DNA of 63,812 bases, counting the filler, from an uncultured bacterium (GTDB taxonomy: Bacteria > CAZSTA01): NCBI GenBank assembly GCA_964609495.1. It is 3 parts of 3 records of this genome, joined end to end, with 100 filler letters (N's around TTAATTAATTAA, not from the genome) between each part and the next. Parts side by side here need not be neighbours in the genome. Positions count along the whole stretch, not along the records: positions 22,165 to 44,159 come from CAZSTA010000040.1; positions 44,260 to 63,812 come from CAZSTA010000051.1; 1 more part is not named here. The stretch is one strand, 5' to 3'. Position 1 is the first letter of the stretch; each line of letters begins with the position of its first letter. The notes beneath the pieces were generated by a model that saw nothing but the letters and a program-made list of their open reading frames with translations, did no database searches and had not been told where the DNA came from. The position numbers and the translations under genes are program-made. Positions 38,941-48,005 of the stretch are shown piece after piece.

Positions 38941-40173
38941 TTACTCATATCTTAACGCCTCTACTGGATCGAGCCGAGCCGCTTTCATCGCGGGATAGAT
39001 GCCAAAGGTCAATCCCACTCCACTGGAGAAGGCAAAGGCTAATATCACAGATATAGGAGATACGACTAGAGGCCAACCTCCTATTCGAGCGACCATCGCT
39101 GCTCCTCCCCATCCCAATAACAAGCCTACTATCCCTCCCGAGGTGCTCAGGGTGAAAGCCTCGATCATAAATTGCCCGAGGATATCCTTATTCTTAGCTC
39201 CTAGAGCCTTGCGGATCCCGATCTCCCTTGTCCTCTCGGTGACCGAGACCAGCATAATGTTCATAATCCCAATGCCCCCGACTAGCAGGGCTATACTTGC
39301 TATCCCTCCTAGGAGGATGCTGAAAGTGCTCATAGCCTGACTTACCGTATCGAGGATCTCCTGCTGGCTGAAGACGTTGAACTTATCAGGATCGCCTATC
39401 TTGCGGGTGAGGAAGAATTCGATCTGAGCTACAGCATCTTCCGCAGCCTCCGCGGAGATGGCTTCTGCGCTATAACCATCGACAAAATCCCTGGTCGTAA
39501 ACCTATTCATAGCGGTAGTGATGGGAACATAGGCTTGATTATCGTAGTTGGAGAACATCACCTGCCCCTTCTCCTCCATTATCCCTATCACCGTTAGCAT
39601 AAACCAGCGACTCCCTACGGTAACTTTGATCTTCTTGCCGAGTGGATTCTCTTCTTCAAGTGGATCCTCTCCTTCAAATAGATCATTCACCAACTGCGAG
39701 CCGAGAACAATCACTAATCTACTCCCTTCGAGGTCTTCCTCGGAGATGAACCTTCCTGCCGCTAATTTATAGTTGAATATACTCATATAGCTATTATCAG
39801 CACCTATTAGAGAAGCTTGGACGTTCGTATTCTTATAGACCAGCCTCCCTCCATTTCGGATGGTGGGGATGACAGCTTTTAAGGAGGGACAAGCTTCCTC
39901 AAGTTGCTCTCCCATCTCCAGAGTAAATATCTCTCTAGCTTCTCGGCTGACCCTTCCAGCTCTGCCCCTGGTGAAACCCAAAGTGATATTAATGAGATTC
40001 GATCCCAGAGCTGAGATCTGGCTGGTTATACTCTCTTGCGCTCCCGAACCGATGGAAACGGTTGTAACCACCGCCGCCACTCCGATGATTATCCCTAGCA
40101 TCGAGAGGAAGGAGCGCATCTTATTAGCCCCTAAACTTTGGATAGATACACGCAGGGTCTCCAATATATTCAT
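38941..40173 (-). CDS. MacB/FtsX-type ABC permease
   Basis: NKMRSFLSMLGIIIGV, GGIGIMNIMLVSVTERTREIGIRKALGA, LDPVEALRYE. Confidence 0.95.
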   Translation of the reverse strand: MNILETLRVSIQSLGANKMRSFLSMLGIIIGVAAVVTTVSIGSGAQESITSQISALGSNLINITLGFTRGRAGRVSREAREIFTLEMGEQLEEACPSLKAVIPTIRNGGRLVYKNTNVQASLIGADNSYMSIFNYKLAAGRFISEEDLEGSRLVIVLGSQLVNDLFEGEDPLEEENPLGKKIKVTVGSRWFMLTVIGIMEEKGQVMFSNYDNQAYVPITTAMNRFTTRDFVDGYSAEAISAEAAEDAVAQIEFFLTRKIGDPDKFNVFSQQEILDTVSQAMSTFSILLGGIASIALLVGGIGIMNIMLVSVTERTREIGIRKALGAKNKDILGQFMIEAFTLSTSGGIVGLLLGWGGAAMVARIGGWPLVVSPISVILAFAFSSGVGLTFGIYPAMKAARLDPVEALRYE

Positions 40174-40190
40174 AAAACATCACCTCTTCA

Positions 40191-41381
40191 TCAGCGAGGT
40201 CCTCCCATCATAAAGGTACCTCTTCTCTCAGCATCTCCTGACATCTTCTCCTGTTGGAACATCTGGTAATTGTTCGCTAGGATTTTATCCCCCTCCTGTA
40301 ATCCCCTTATGATCTCCACCTCGGTATCATTCGCTACCCCAGTCATTACTGGGACTGGTTGAGGAACACCATCGACTAGTTTGGTAACGAGCTTGATCTT
40401 TGCTGGTTGAGGAACACCTTCGGGTGGTTTGGTAACGCGCTCCGTCCTCGCTGGTTGAGGAACACCTTCGGGTGGTTTGGTAACGCTCTCCGTCTCTACT
40501 GGGGCTGGTCGGGGAAGATCATTGACTAGTTTGGCAATGAGCTCCTCATCTTCTGGCTCGAAGACCGCTAATAGAGGCACTTTAAGGACATTCTCAGCTT
40601 TAGCAACGATAATATCCGCGGTAGCAGTGAGTCCCGGTTTAACCCTTTCATCTTGGTCTTGGTCGGTCAATTCTATCGTCACCGGAAGGGTAACGACTCC
40701 CTGATCCTCTTCCGCAACTGGAGATAATCTCCTCACTTTTCCTCTTAGCATAAGCTCGGGGTAGGCGTTAAATGTTATATTAACATCTTGACCTTCCTTG
40801 ACTAGTCGGATATCGACCTCATCCACCGAGACATCGATCTCGTAGCCACTATTATCGATCAGCTTAGCCACGACTTGACTGGCACCTATCAACTCCTCCT
40901 CCTCTAAATCTATATCGTATATTATGCCCGCGAAGGGGGCTTTGAGTTTGGTCTTATCCAGATTGGATTCGGCGATCTCTAAATTGATATTGCTCTCTTC
41001 GATATCGCTAGGAGAGCTCGTTATCTGATCTCGCTTATACTGGTTCTCCGCTTGCACAAGAGCTAGCCGTTGTTCCTGATCATCTAGTTCAGCGATGACC
41101 TGCCCTTTCTCTACCTCCTGATTCTCCTCGATCAAGACGCTTTTCACCTTGCCACCCTTCTCAAATGTCAAATCCATCGCTCTGATAGCTTTTACCTCTC
41201 CCGAGGAGGATATTGTGTTTATAATATCCCCCCTAGTTACCACTACAGATGGAGACATACTCTTCTGAGCCCCATTTTCATTGCTTCCGGAAACCTCAGC
41301 TGAGAATCGATTTCGATATAACCAGTAAGCTCCACCTCCTAATATGGCTACGATAACCACGATAATAATAAACTTCTTCAA
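40191..41381 (-). CDS. Efflux periplasmic adaptor (MacA/HlyD family)
   Basis: N-terminal TM, lipoyl halves (VEKGQVIAELD, LKAPFAG), VDEVDI, EIIRGLQEGD. Confidence 0.92.
   Translation of the reverse strand: MKKFIIIVVIVAILGGGAYWLYRNRFSAEVSGSNENGAQKSMSPSVVVTRGDIINTISSSGEVKAIRAMDLTFEKGGKVKSVLIEENQEVEKGQVIAELDDQEQRLALVQAENQYKRDQITSSPSDIEESNINLEIAESNLDKTKLKAPFAGIIYDIDLEEEELIGASQVVAKLIDNSGYEIDVSVDEVDIRLVKEGQDVNITFNAYPELMLRGKVRRLSPVAEEDQGVVTLPVTIELTDQDQDERVKPGLTATADIIVAKAENVLKVPLLAVFEPEDEELIAKLVNDLPRPAPVETESVTKPPEGVPQPARTERVTKPPEGVPQPAKIKLVTKLVDGVPQPVPVMTGVANDTEVEIIRGLQEGDKILANNYQMFQQEKMSGDAERRGTFMMGGPR
40348..40545 (-). repeat. Intragenic tandem repeat, 48-nt period (VTKPPEGVPQPA-type units)
   Basis: CTGGTTGAGGAACACC recurs at 40355, 40403 and 40451, with a degenerate copy at 40505. 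Confidence 0.85.
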
Positions 41382-42841
41382 TTTATCTCACCCCCTAACT
41401 CAAGCTCCTCCCCAATAGATACTTTAAGGCGCAGCTCCTCGGCTTGACAATCGTTTATAGCTTGTTGGAGATCGAGTTGAGCTTCTTTCGATCTATTAAC
41501 TGCTCTCTGATATTCATCCTGGGTGATCAAACCCTCTTTTAGCTGTTCCTCCTTTAATGCTTTCTCCAGTTCAGCTTCATCCTGAGACAAATAAGCTATC
41601 TCGATCTCTCTGGATTTATCCTCCAGAGAAGCTAACTTATCCCTGGTAGTATCTTCGACCTGTGATTTACTATCCTCGTAGTTCCGCTTTGCTTCCTCAT
41701 AGGCGATCTCTTTAAGCTCAATAGCATCTCTTTGTCTTTCTCCATCGAAGATAGAATAGGTGAGGTTGAGGCTGATCTGCCAGTTATAGATATCCTCCTC
41801 ACCAAGTTCCTCCCCCTCCTGCTTCGCATATTGAGCTTGTAGGAAGAGATCTGGCCAAGATCCCCTTTTCTCCGCTTCGAGGCGAGCTTCGGCTAATTTG
41901 ATATCCAGTTCAAGCGATTTCAGATCTATACTATTAGCTAAAGCCCTAGAGATCGTCTCCTCTTCGGATAGACCCCAGGACGAGAATTCGCCCAACTCTA
42001 GATCGAGTATCCGCAGTCCTGTTAAGCTTATCCCTAATAGAAGCTCCAGTCCACGCAGTTGAGAGAGGTGAGCATCTCGAGCCGCGAGCATCGTTTTATA
42101 TGCTTTTCGTTCCTCGATCTCGCTCTTCAGTAGATCTATATCTCCTACTGCAGAGACTTCTCTCTCCCTTTTTGTTTTCTCCAACTCGCGTTGAGCTAGC
42201 TCATGATCCTCTTGGCTATTCAGATATTGCTCTTCCTTGATGACCAGATCGAAATACTTCTGCCTCATATCGATCACGGTCAACTTCTTCTGTTGCTCCA
42301 AATTATCTTGGGTCTTCTCTGTCTCCATTCTCTTCTGCATTGTATTTAAAGCACTCTCCGAATAAGCAGGATTGGAGAGAAGATCTTGCTTTACCCCTAT
42401 ATTCCAGAGAAGATCCCAACCTTGATCCTCAGTGGCATCGCTTCTATTCAAGGTTATCTCTCCGGTAAGATCTAGATTGGAGGGGAAAGAGATCGAGCCC
42501 TCTAAGGAAAGTTCGGAACTGAATACATTCTTATCTTCCTTCGTTGAGATATCACTTGACCTCGATCTATAAGAAAGGGATGCTGGCTTAGCATCCAAGA
42601 GCAATTGAAAGCGATATATAGCTTGCAATTGATCCAACTCCAGTTGCGAGCTATCTAGCTTAGCCTGGAGATCCGATATCTGAGGATCGTTCTCTAAAGC
42701 CAACTGGATAGCCTCTTTTAGAGTTAGCTCAGTTATACCTTCTGCCTTTGCCAGAGGGTTGTTAAGTAGTAGTAATACCAGGCAAAAGCCAAGCCACAGA
42801 TCGAAACTTGGGTTTCGGCTACTTACCTTCACTGGTTTCAC
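41378..42841 (-). CDS. TolC-family outer membrane efflux protein
   Basis: Signal peptide, LTLKEAIQLALENDP, long coiled coils, WPDL...ISLNLTYSIFDG. Confidence 0.85.
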   Translation of the reverse strand: MKPVKVSSRNPSFDLWLGFCLVLLLLNNPLAKAEGITELTLKEAIQLALENDPQISDLQAKLDSSQLELDQLQAIYRFQLLLDAKPASLSYRSRSSDISTKEDKNVFSSELSLEGSISFPSNLDLTGEITLNRSDATEDQGWDLLWNIGVKQDLLSNPAYSESALNTMQKRMETEKTQDNLEQQKKLTVIDMRQKYFDLVIKEEQYLNSQEDHELAQRELEKTKREREVSAVGDIDLLKSEIEERKAYKTMLAARDAHLSQLRGLELLLGISLTGLRILDLELGEFSSWGLSEEETISRALANSIDLKSLELDIKLAEARLEAEKRGSWPDLFLQAQYAKQEGEELGEEDIYNWQISLNLTYSIFDGERQRDAIELKEIAYEEAKRNYEDSKSQVEDTTRDKLASLEDKSREIEIAYLSQDEAELEKALKEEQLKEGLITQDEYQRAVNRSKEAQLDLQQAINDCQAEELRLKVSIGEELELGGEIN

Positions 42842-43919
42842 CGCTCTGTTCTTCCTCGGTCTGCTTCTGCTTAGGAGGAGCAGGGAACAGCTCTACTCCG
42901 ATAAGCTTCTTCAAGTTTAGCACGGCTAAATTGTAGTTGTGAATGGCATCCGTCAGAGCAAGCTCAACTTGAAGGAGAGAAACCTCGGCTTGTTTTAATT
43001 CAAGACTAGTCTTTAATCCGGCATTACGTTGTTTCTTAGTGATGTCATAATTCTCAGATTCGACATCATAATTGTCTTGAGAGAGCTTAACGTTCTCATT
43101 CGCCTGCGTCATCTCATTATAAGCTGATCTCACGTTTGCTTCCACCTTCGCAACGTTCAGTTCTGCTATCTTCAGATCGTTCTCAGCCTTTGATAGATCT
43201 AGGGGAGCGGTATCTCCCGCTTTAACTATATCCAAGTTCGTTTCCGCAAGCTTCAAGTTATCTTGGGCCTCAGCCAACTCATCGCTGTGAACAAGGGCTT
43301 CTTCTTGAGCTTTCCCTAGAGAAATGTTGTAAGGCTCGTAAGCTATCTCACTCGTTAGTTTGAAGGTAACTCCCTCCTGAAGATTTAACAGCTCAGCGAA
43401 ATCATCTTGTTTCTCCGCTAGAGAATCCTCCGCTTTACGCAGGTCCAATTTAGCCTTCTCATATTCAGATTCACTGCGTAACTGATCCAAATTGCTGGCA
43501 CTTCCTGCCTTGACCTGCTTGATGGTATTATCCAGTTGCTCTTTGGCTACTTCAACCTCCTTCTCTTTGTTGCTTACCTCTTTAACCCCTTTCAAGATGC
43601 TCTGATAATTATCGACTACGTTGATTATCAATTGCTTCTTCTGGTCATTGTAATCTCGCTCAGCTTTATCGTAGTTGAACTCAGCTTGGAGCTTGTCGTA
43701 GGTCGAACCAGTCAGAAGAATGGTAGCTAGAGCCTTCTCTTCAGATATTCTGGAATTGTCAAGGTTTAGAAGAGCAATCTGGTAGTCGATGTTCTGCTTC
43801 AGAGCCAAATCGATGCTCTCCTGAAGCGATAGAGAGAGGCTAGTCACCTGTTGAGCTAAAGTGGGAACAGCTGATAGTAAAAAGGTAATTGAGAGTACTA
43901 AAACTAAACTTCGTCGCAT
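42819..43919 (-). CDS. TolC-family protein (short form)
   Basis: Signal peptide, LSLQESIDLALKQN, AGSASNLD and AGLKTSLEL repeats, YNLAVLNLKKLIG. Confidence 0.82.
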   Translation of the reverse strand: MRRSLVLVLSITFLLSAVPTLAQQVTSLSLSLQESIDLALKQNIDYQIALLNLDNSRISEEKALATILLTGSTYDKLQAEFNYDKAERDYNDQKKQLIINVVDNYQSILKGVKEVSNKEKEVEVAKEQLDNTIKQVKAGSASNLDQLRSESEYEKAKLDLRKAEDSLAEKQDDFAELLNLQEGVTFKLTSEIAYEPYNISLGKAQEEALVHSDELAEAQDNLKLAETNLDIVKAGDTAPLDLSKAENDLKIAELNVAKVEANVRSAYNEMTQANENVKLSQDNYDVESENYDITKKQRNAGLKTSLELKQAEVSLLQVELALTDAIHNYNLAVLNLKKLIGVELFPAPPKQKQTEEEQSGETSEGK

Positions 43920-44108
43920 TTTGATTCCTCCTTTTGAAAAATCGGCTTCTATATTTTTTAACTCGTATCCTATCTCACCTTTACTCTTTGAGTAGAGTAG
44001 ATAGGGCTAGAGAATACTGCTCAAGATTGACGCATCGCCTTTAATAGTATCTCTTCAACGCTATGAAGAATTGAAATCTAAAAGTCATCCGAAAACTTAT
44101 TCTCTAAA

Positions 44109-44139
44109 TTAGACGAAGAATGAGGGGAAAATGTTTACC
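44109..44139 (-). promoter_or_regulatory. ECF-sigma-type promoter upstream of the TolC-MacAB operon
   Basis: Minus strand GGTAAAC-N18-GTCTAA, similar to the sites upstream of the ECF sigma and degP. Confidence 0.5.
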
Positions 44140-44159
44140 GTGATTCAGGGATTGCTTTG

Positions 44160-44259
44160 NNNNNNNNNNNNNNNNNNNNNNNNNNNNNNNNNNNNNNNNN
44201 NNNTTAATTAATTAANNNNNNNNNNNNNNNNNNNNNNNNNNNNNNNNNNNNNNNNNNNN
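44160..44259. other. Artificial contig linker
   Basis: N44-TTAATTAATTAA-N44. Confidence 0.97.
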
Positions 44260-44348
44260 TGGTTAAAAAAGTTACCTTTTTCCCCTCGTGGGAGAGGGCC
44301 AGGGTGAGGGGGAGAATCACATTCCCCAGCACAAAGTTTTACATGCTT
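44260..44348. mobile_element. Family A element, right part including the right arm of the 54-bp insert
   Basis: Matches 19464-19551 closely; ends TTTTACATGCTT. Confidence 0.75.
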
Positions 44349-44563
44349 CGCTATTCTAATTCTACCCTTGACTTTCCCCCTCCATTGTGCTATAGTTATA
44401 CTAACTGAAGAGAAACTATAATTTCTCGGAAATTCAGTTAGAAATGGTTAAATATTCATATTGCGGAGAAACCTCTGGGGAGTATAATCATTCCGAATTA
44501 TAATATAACTAATTATAGCACAAGGGTAAGATATAGTCAAGTTATTTAGAAAACGGAGATATA

Positions 44564-44592
44564 GGGAATTTTTTCCGACTTTTATTGTCTAA
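44564..44592 (+). promoter_or_regulatory. ECF sigma autoregulatory promoter
   Basis: GGGAA-N18-GTCTAA; same motif and spacing at 47850-47878. Confidence 0.7.
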
Positions 44593-44625
44593 TATAATGA
44601 GTATAAGGGGAGATTTAGATTCGGG

Positions 44626-45213
44626 ATGGAATCTGATGAAAAACTTGTAGCCAGATGTCTAAAGGGGGACAAGGATGCCTATGAGTCTCTAGTCAGAAAG
44701 TATCAACAGAGGATATTCAACATTATTTATCGTATTACTGGTAGTGATGATGAAATAGAGGATATAGCTCAAGAGGTTTTCCTAAAGATATTTAAATCTT
44801 TAGAAACATTCAGAGGAGCTTCTTCATTCTTCACCTGGATTTATAGGATAACGGTAAATACTTGTTTTAATAGAATCAGGAAACGTAATCCTGCTCTGTC
44901 TTTAGACGATCCCGATCTGGTCGGATTTGTTGAAAGGAAGAAACTGGAGGGAGAGGAAGAAGAGCCGAATCCAGAATATCTAATGGAGACTAGGGAACTT
45001 TCTTCCGCTATAAGAGAAGCTATAGATTCTCTTCCCCCTGATTATAAAGTGGTTATTATCCTGAGGGATATAGAAGGGTTATCTTATCAGGAAATAGCCG
45101 AGGTTTTAGAGCGACCGGTGGGAACTGTTATGTCCCGTTTGTATAGAGCTAGAAAGGAGCTTAAGGAGAGGCTAGCTCCTTACCTAGGTATTGATAGTCG
45201 GGGAAAGGAATGA
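44626..45213 (+). CDS. ECF sigma factor (RpoE/SigW-like)
   Basis: EDIAQEVFLK, FFTWIYRITVN, GLSYQEIAE...GTVMSRLYRAR. Confidence 0.95.
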   Translation: MESDEKLVARCLKGDKDAYESLVRKYQQRIFNIIYRITGSDDEIEDIAQEVFLKIFKSLETFRGASSFFTWIYRITVNTCFNRIRKRNPALSLDDPDLVGFVERKKLEGEEEEPNPEYLMETRELSSAIREAIDSLPPDYKVVIILRDIEGLSYQEIAEVLERPVGTVMSRLYRARKELKERLAPYLGIDSRGKE

Positions 45214-45779
45214 AGGAAATGGATTGTTCTCGTTATCGAAAGCTTTTATCTGCCTATCTCGACAACGAACTCTTGGAGGATGAATTAGCCGAGGTTAATG
45301 AACATCTGAAGGTCTGCCCAGGGTGTACCAGGGAGTTGGAAAGATTAAGATTAGTCCAAACTTTATATAAGCTGGAGCTGGAAAATAAAGTGGCTCCTCA
45401 ACCATCATTCGATTTCTCTCAAAGGGTTGTTGATCTAGCACTTGAAGAGGAGGTCTCGGAAGGCGTAAGGAGTTGGAACATTAGAAGTTGGTGGAAGAGA
45501 ATCATATCTAAATTGAAATCGCCTTCGCTAAGACCAGTAGCGGCAGCGACCCTCATAGCTATTCTCTTGATAATATCCGTCGGTATATTTTCAACTTTTA
45601 AAAAGAGGGAGAGATTAGTGGATGTATATCAACTAGCGAGCAGAGATTCGAAGCCGGATGAAGAGCAGGTGATAGACGAGAGGGAATTAGATCGTTATTT
45701 AAGGGAGGATGTGTGGCAAGCCTCGGGAAGACAGTTGAATGATGAAACATCGTTCATCCTTAGTGTCAGTAATAGGTGA
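45210..45779 (+). CDS. zf-HC2 zinc-binding anti-sigma factor
   Basis: LSAYLDNEL, HLKVCPGC (HxxxCxxC), single TM; ATGA-coupled to the sigma gene. Confidence 0.9.
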   Translation: MKEMDCSRYRKLLSAYLDNELLEDELAEVNEHLKVCPGCTRELERLRLVQTLYKLELENKVAPQPSFDFSQRVVDLALEEEVSEGVRSWNIRSWWKRIISKLKSPSLRPVAAATLIAILLIISVGIFSTFKKRERLVDVYQLASRDSKPDEEQVIDERELDRYLREDVWQASGRQLNDETSFILSVSNR

Positions 45780-45891
45780 GATTTTCTAACATCTAAAATT
45801 TTATATGAGCGGCTCAAATTTCAAAGTTTAAATGACTTCAAAGTGAAACTTTTGGGTATAATTAAGAGTAATTACTAAGAGAAGGAAGTTG

Positions 45892-46917
45892 ATGGTGAAA
45901 ATCGTCCCTCGAAGGTTGATAGTAGTATCTATATTAAGTAGTAGCTTGTTCCTGGTGACTATTTGGGCCTTTGGTCAGGGAAAGAGCGATCCTTATGAGA
46001 TACTGGAGATGATGAGGACTGCCAGGGCAGAAAGTAGTTATAAAGGAACTTTAGTGGCTCTTAATCTATCATTTAGCGATGAGATGGGCGCTTCCATTCT
46101 CAGGGTGGTTCGTAAAAGTCCTTATAAGATTCGTATTGAATACCTAGCTCCTTTAGGGGACCAAGGTCGCGTGATGGTTGATGATAATAATTATCATTGG
46201 GATTATATCCCGTCTTTGAGATTGGTGATTAAAAGGGACTCCTCTAAAATTAAATCTCAAGGGGATTTAGGATATAATTCCGATCTACTGAGGAATAACT
46301 ATAAGTTGGAGTTACTGGGAAAACGATTCATAAACGGGAGAGAAACTATAGGCTTTGAGTTCACCCCTCGTTTCTCCGATCGTCCCTTGCGCAAAATCTG
46401 GTTGGACAGTGAACACGGAGTGATCTTGCGCTTGGAGGTGTATAGGGAAGGAGAAGGACTTATATCAATATCCTTTTACGCTGATATTTCCTTCCCCTCT
46501 GATATATCCGATGCTCAATTTAAGCTACTAGTTCCTGATACTACTAAAATCAAAACGATAGGATATACTGAATACTCTGATCTAAATGAAGTTCAAAAAG
46601 CGATTAATATGAAGATAGGAACTCCTGATTATCTTCCTCCCGGTTTTGAGCTGGTCGGAATTGGGGTCAGAACATGTAGTGATACTCTTCTGGACATTGT
46701 TCTGAAATATACCGATGGATTAAGCGACATATCGCTATTTCAGAGATCAAGTGACTTCTCAAAGCCCTCTCGATCTAATAAATCGGAGATGAATTATGAA
46801 GATGGTCTATTGAGAGTTTTATATTGGAAAGCAGATGGTATGGATTACAGCTTGGTAAGCGAACTCCCGTGGGAGGAGATGCTTAGGATAGCCGAATCCG
46901 TGGTTTCTATCGATTGA
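45892..46917 (+). CDS. MucB/RseB-like periplasmic sigma regulator (LolA-like fold)
   Basis: Signal peptide, RIEYLAP, IWLDSEHGVILR, PDYLPPGF, YTDGLSDISLF, LVSELP. Confidence 0.8.
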   Translation: MVKIVPRRLIVVSILSSSLFLVTIWAFGQGKSDPYEILEMMRTARAESSYKGTLVALNLSFSDEMGASILRVVRKSPYKIRIEYLAPLGDQGRVMVDDNNYHWDYIPSLRLVIKRDSSKIKSQGDLGYNSDLLRNNYKLELLGKRFINGRETIGFEFTPRFSDRPLRKIWLDSEHGVILRLEVYREGEGLISISFYADISFPSDISDAQFKLLVPDTTKIKTIGYTEYSDLNEVQKAINMKIGTPDYLPPGFELVGIGVRTCSDTLLDIVLKYTDGLSDISLFQRSSDFSKPSRSNKSEMNYEDGLLRVLYWKADGMDYSLVSELPWEEMLRIAESVVSID

Positions 46918-46957
46918 TGAGAGACGGTCTCAGATCGATATTATCTAGCCGATAGAG

Positions 46958-47842
46958 GTGATAAAAATGACAGGTGAAAGATATACTCAGCTTCTGGAGA
47001 GAGAGCAGCCCAAGGATAGCTATGAGGATCCGGTAAAGCTGTATCTGACTGAGATCAGTCGTGCTCCTCTTCTAACTGCGGAGGAGGAGACCCGTTTGGC
47101 GAGAAGGATTGAGCAGGGTGATGAAGAGGCGAAACGCAAGTTCATCGAAGCTAACCTGCGTTTAGTAGTTAATGTCGCTAAGAAGTATGTAGGAAGGGGT
47201 CTCTCCTTCTTAGATTTAATTCAAGAGGGGAATTGCGGTCTCATAAAAGCCGTTGAGAGATTTGAATATCGAAGGGGATTGAAGTTCAGTACTTACGCTA
47301 CTTGGCGGATCAAGCAGGCTATATCCAGAGCTATCGCTGAACAGAATCATACCATTCGCCTTCCCACTCACATAGTAGAGGTGATGCATAAGCAAAATAA
47401 GGCTTACGAGAAACTTCAGCAGGAGTTGGGAAGAGAGCCTACTGCCGAGGAGGTAGCCAAGGAGATAGATGTATCAGTTGAAAAGGTGAAGTTGATCGAT
47501 AATACTCCCCAAACCCTCGTCTCCTTGGAGAACACGAGGGGGGAGAATGGCCTTCCCTGGGGAGATTTCATTGCAGATAATGAAACGAGTACTCCTATGG
47601 AGGATGTGTCCCTAATCCTATTGCGCGAGGAGATCGATAAACTTTTGACCTTCTTGTCTCCTAGGGAGCAAGGCATTATTCGGCTTCGCTACGGGCTTAT
47701 CGATGGCAATCCTCAGACTTTAGAGGAGATAAGTGATATTTACTCTCTTTCAAGGGAGAGGATAAGGCAATTGGAACGCAGGGCTTTGAGCAAATTGAGG
47801 CGTCTGCGGAGAAAAGCGAAATTAAAGGATTATTTAGATTGA
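46958..47842 (+). CDS. RpoD/SigA-like sigma70 factor lacking region 1.1 (group 2-like)
   Basis: [48 protein letters not shown]. Confidence 0.92.
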   Translation: MIKMTGERYTQLLEREQPKDSYEDPVKLYLTEISRAPLLTAEEETRLARRIEQGDEEAKRKFIEANLRLVVNVAKKYVGRGLSFLDLIQEGNCGLIKAVERFEYRRGLKFSTYATWRIKQAISRAIAEQNHTIRLPTHIVEVMHKQNKAYEKLQQELGREPTAEEVAKEIDVSVEKVKLIDNTPQTLVSLENTRGENGLPWGDFIADNETSTPMEDVSLILLREEIDKLLTFLSPREQGIIRLRYGLIDGNPQTLEEISDIYSLSRERIRQLERRALSKLRRLRRKAKLKDYLD

Positions 47843-47878
47843 AAATTGAGGGAATTTTTCCCTCAATTTTTAGTCTAA
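47843..47878 (+). promoter_or_regulatory. ECF promoter for degP overlapping a terminator-like hairpin
   Basis: GGGAA-N18-GTCTAA embedded in AAAATTGAGGGAA-TTT-TTCCCTCAATTTT. Confidence 0.65.
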
Positions 47879-48005
47879 CCAATCAGAAAGACACACGAAG
47901 GACTAAGCACTTCCGGCCGGAGAGCTTATATACACTATTTATCAGTGGAGCTTAAACTACTAGAGGAAAATCGGTAATCACCAGAAAAAGGAGAGTGCTT
48001 GTAAA

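Noticed and set aside
40348-40545. Regularly spaced direct repeats resembling a CRISPR array
   Set aside because: In-frame 48-nt coding repeat with only about 11-nt related intervening sequence; no cas genes or leader.
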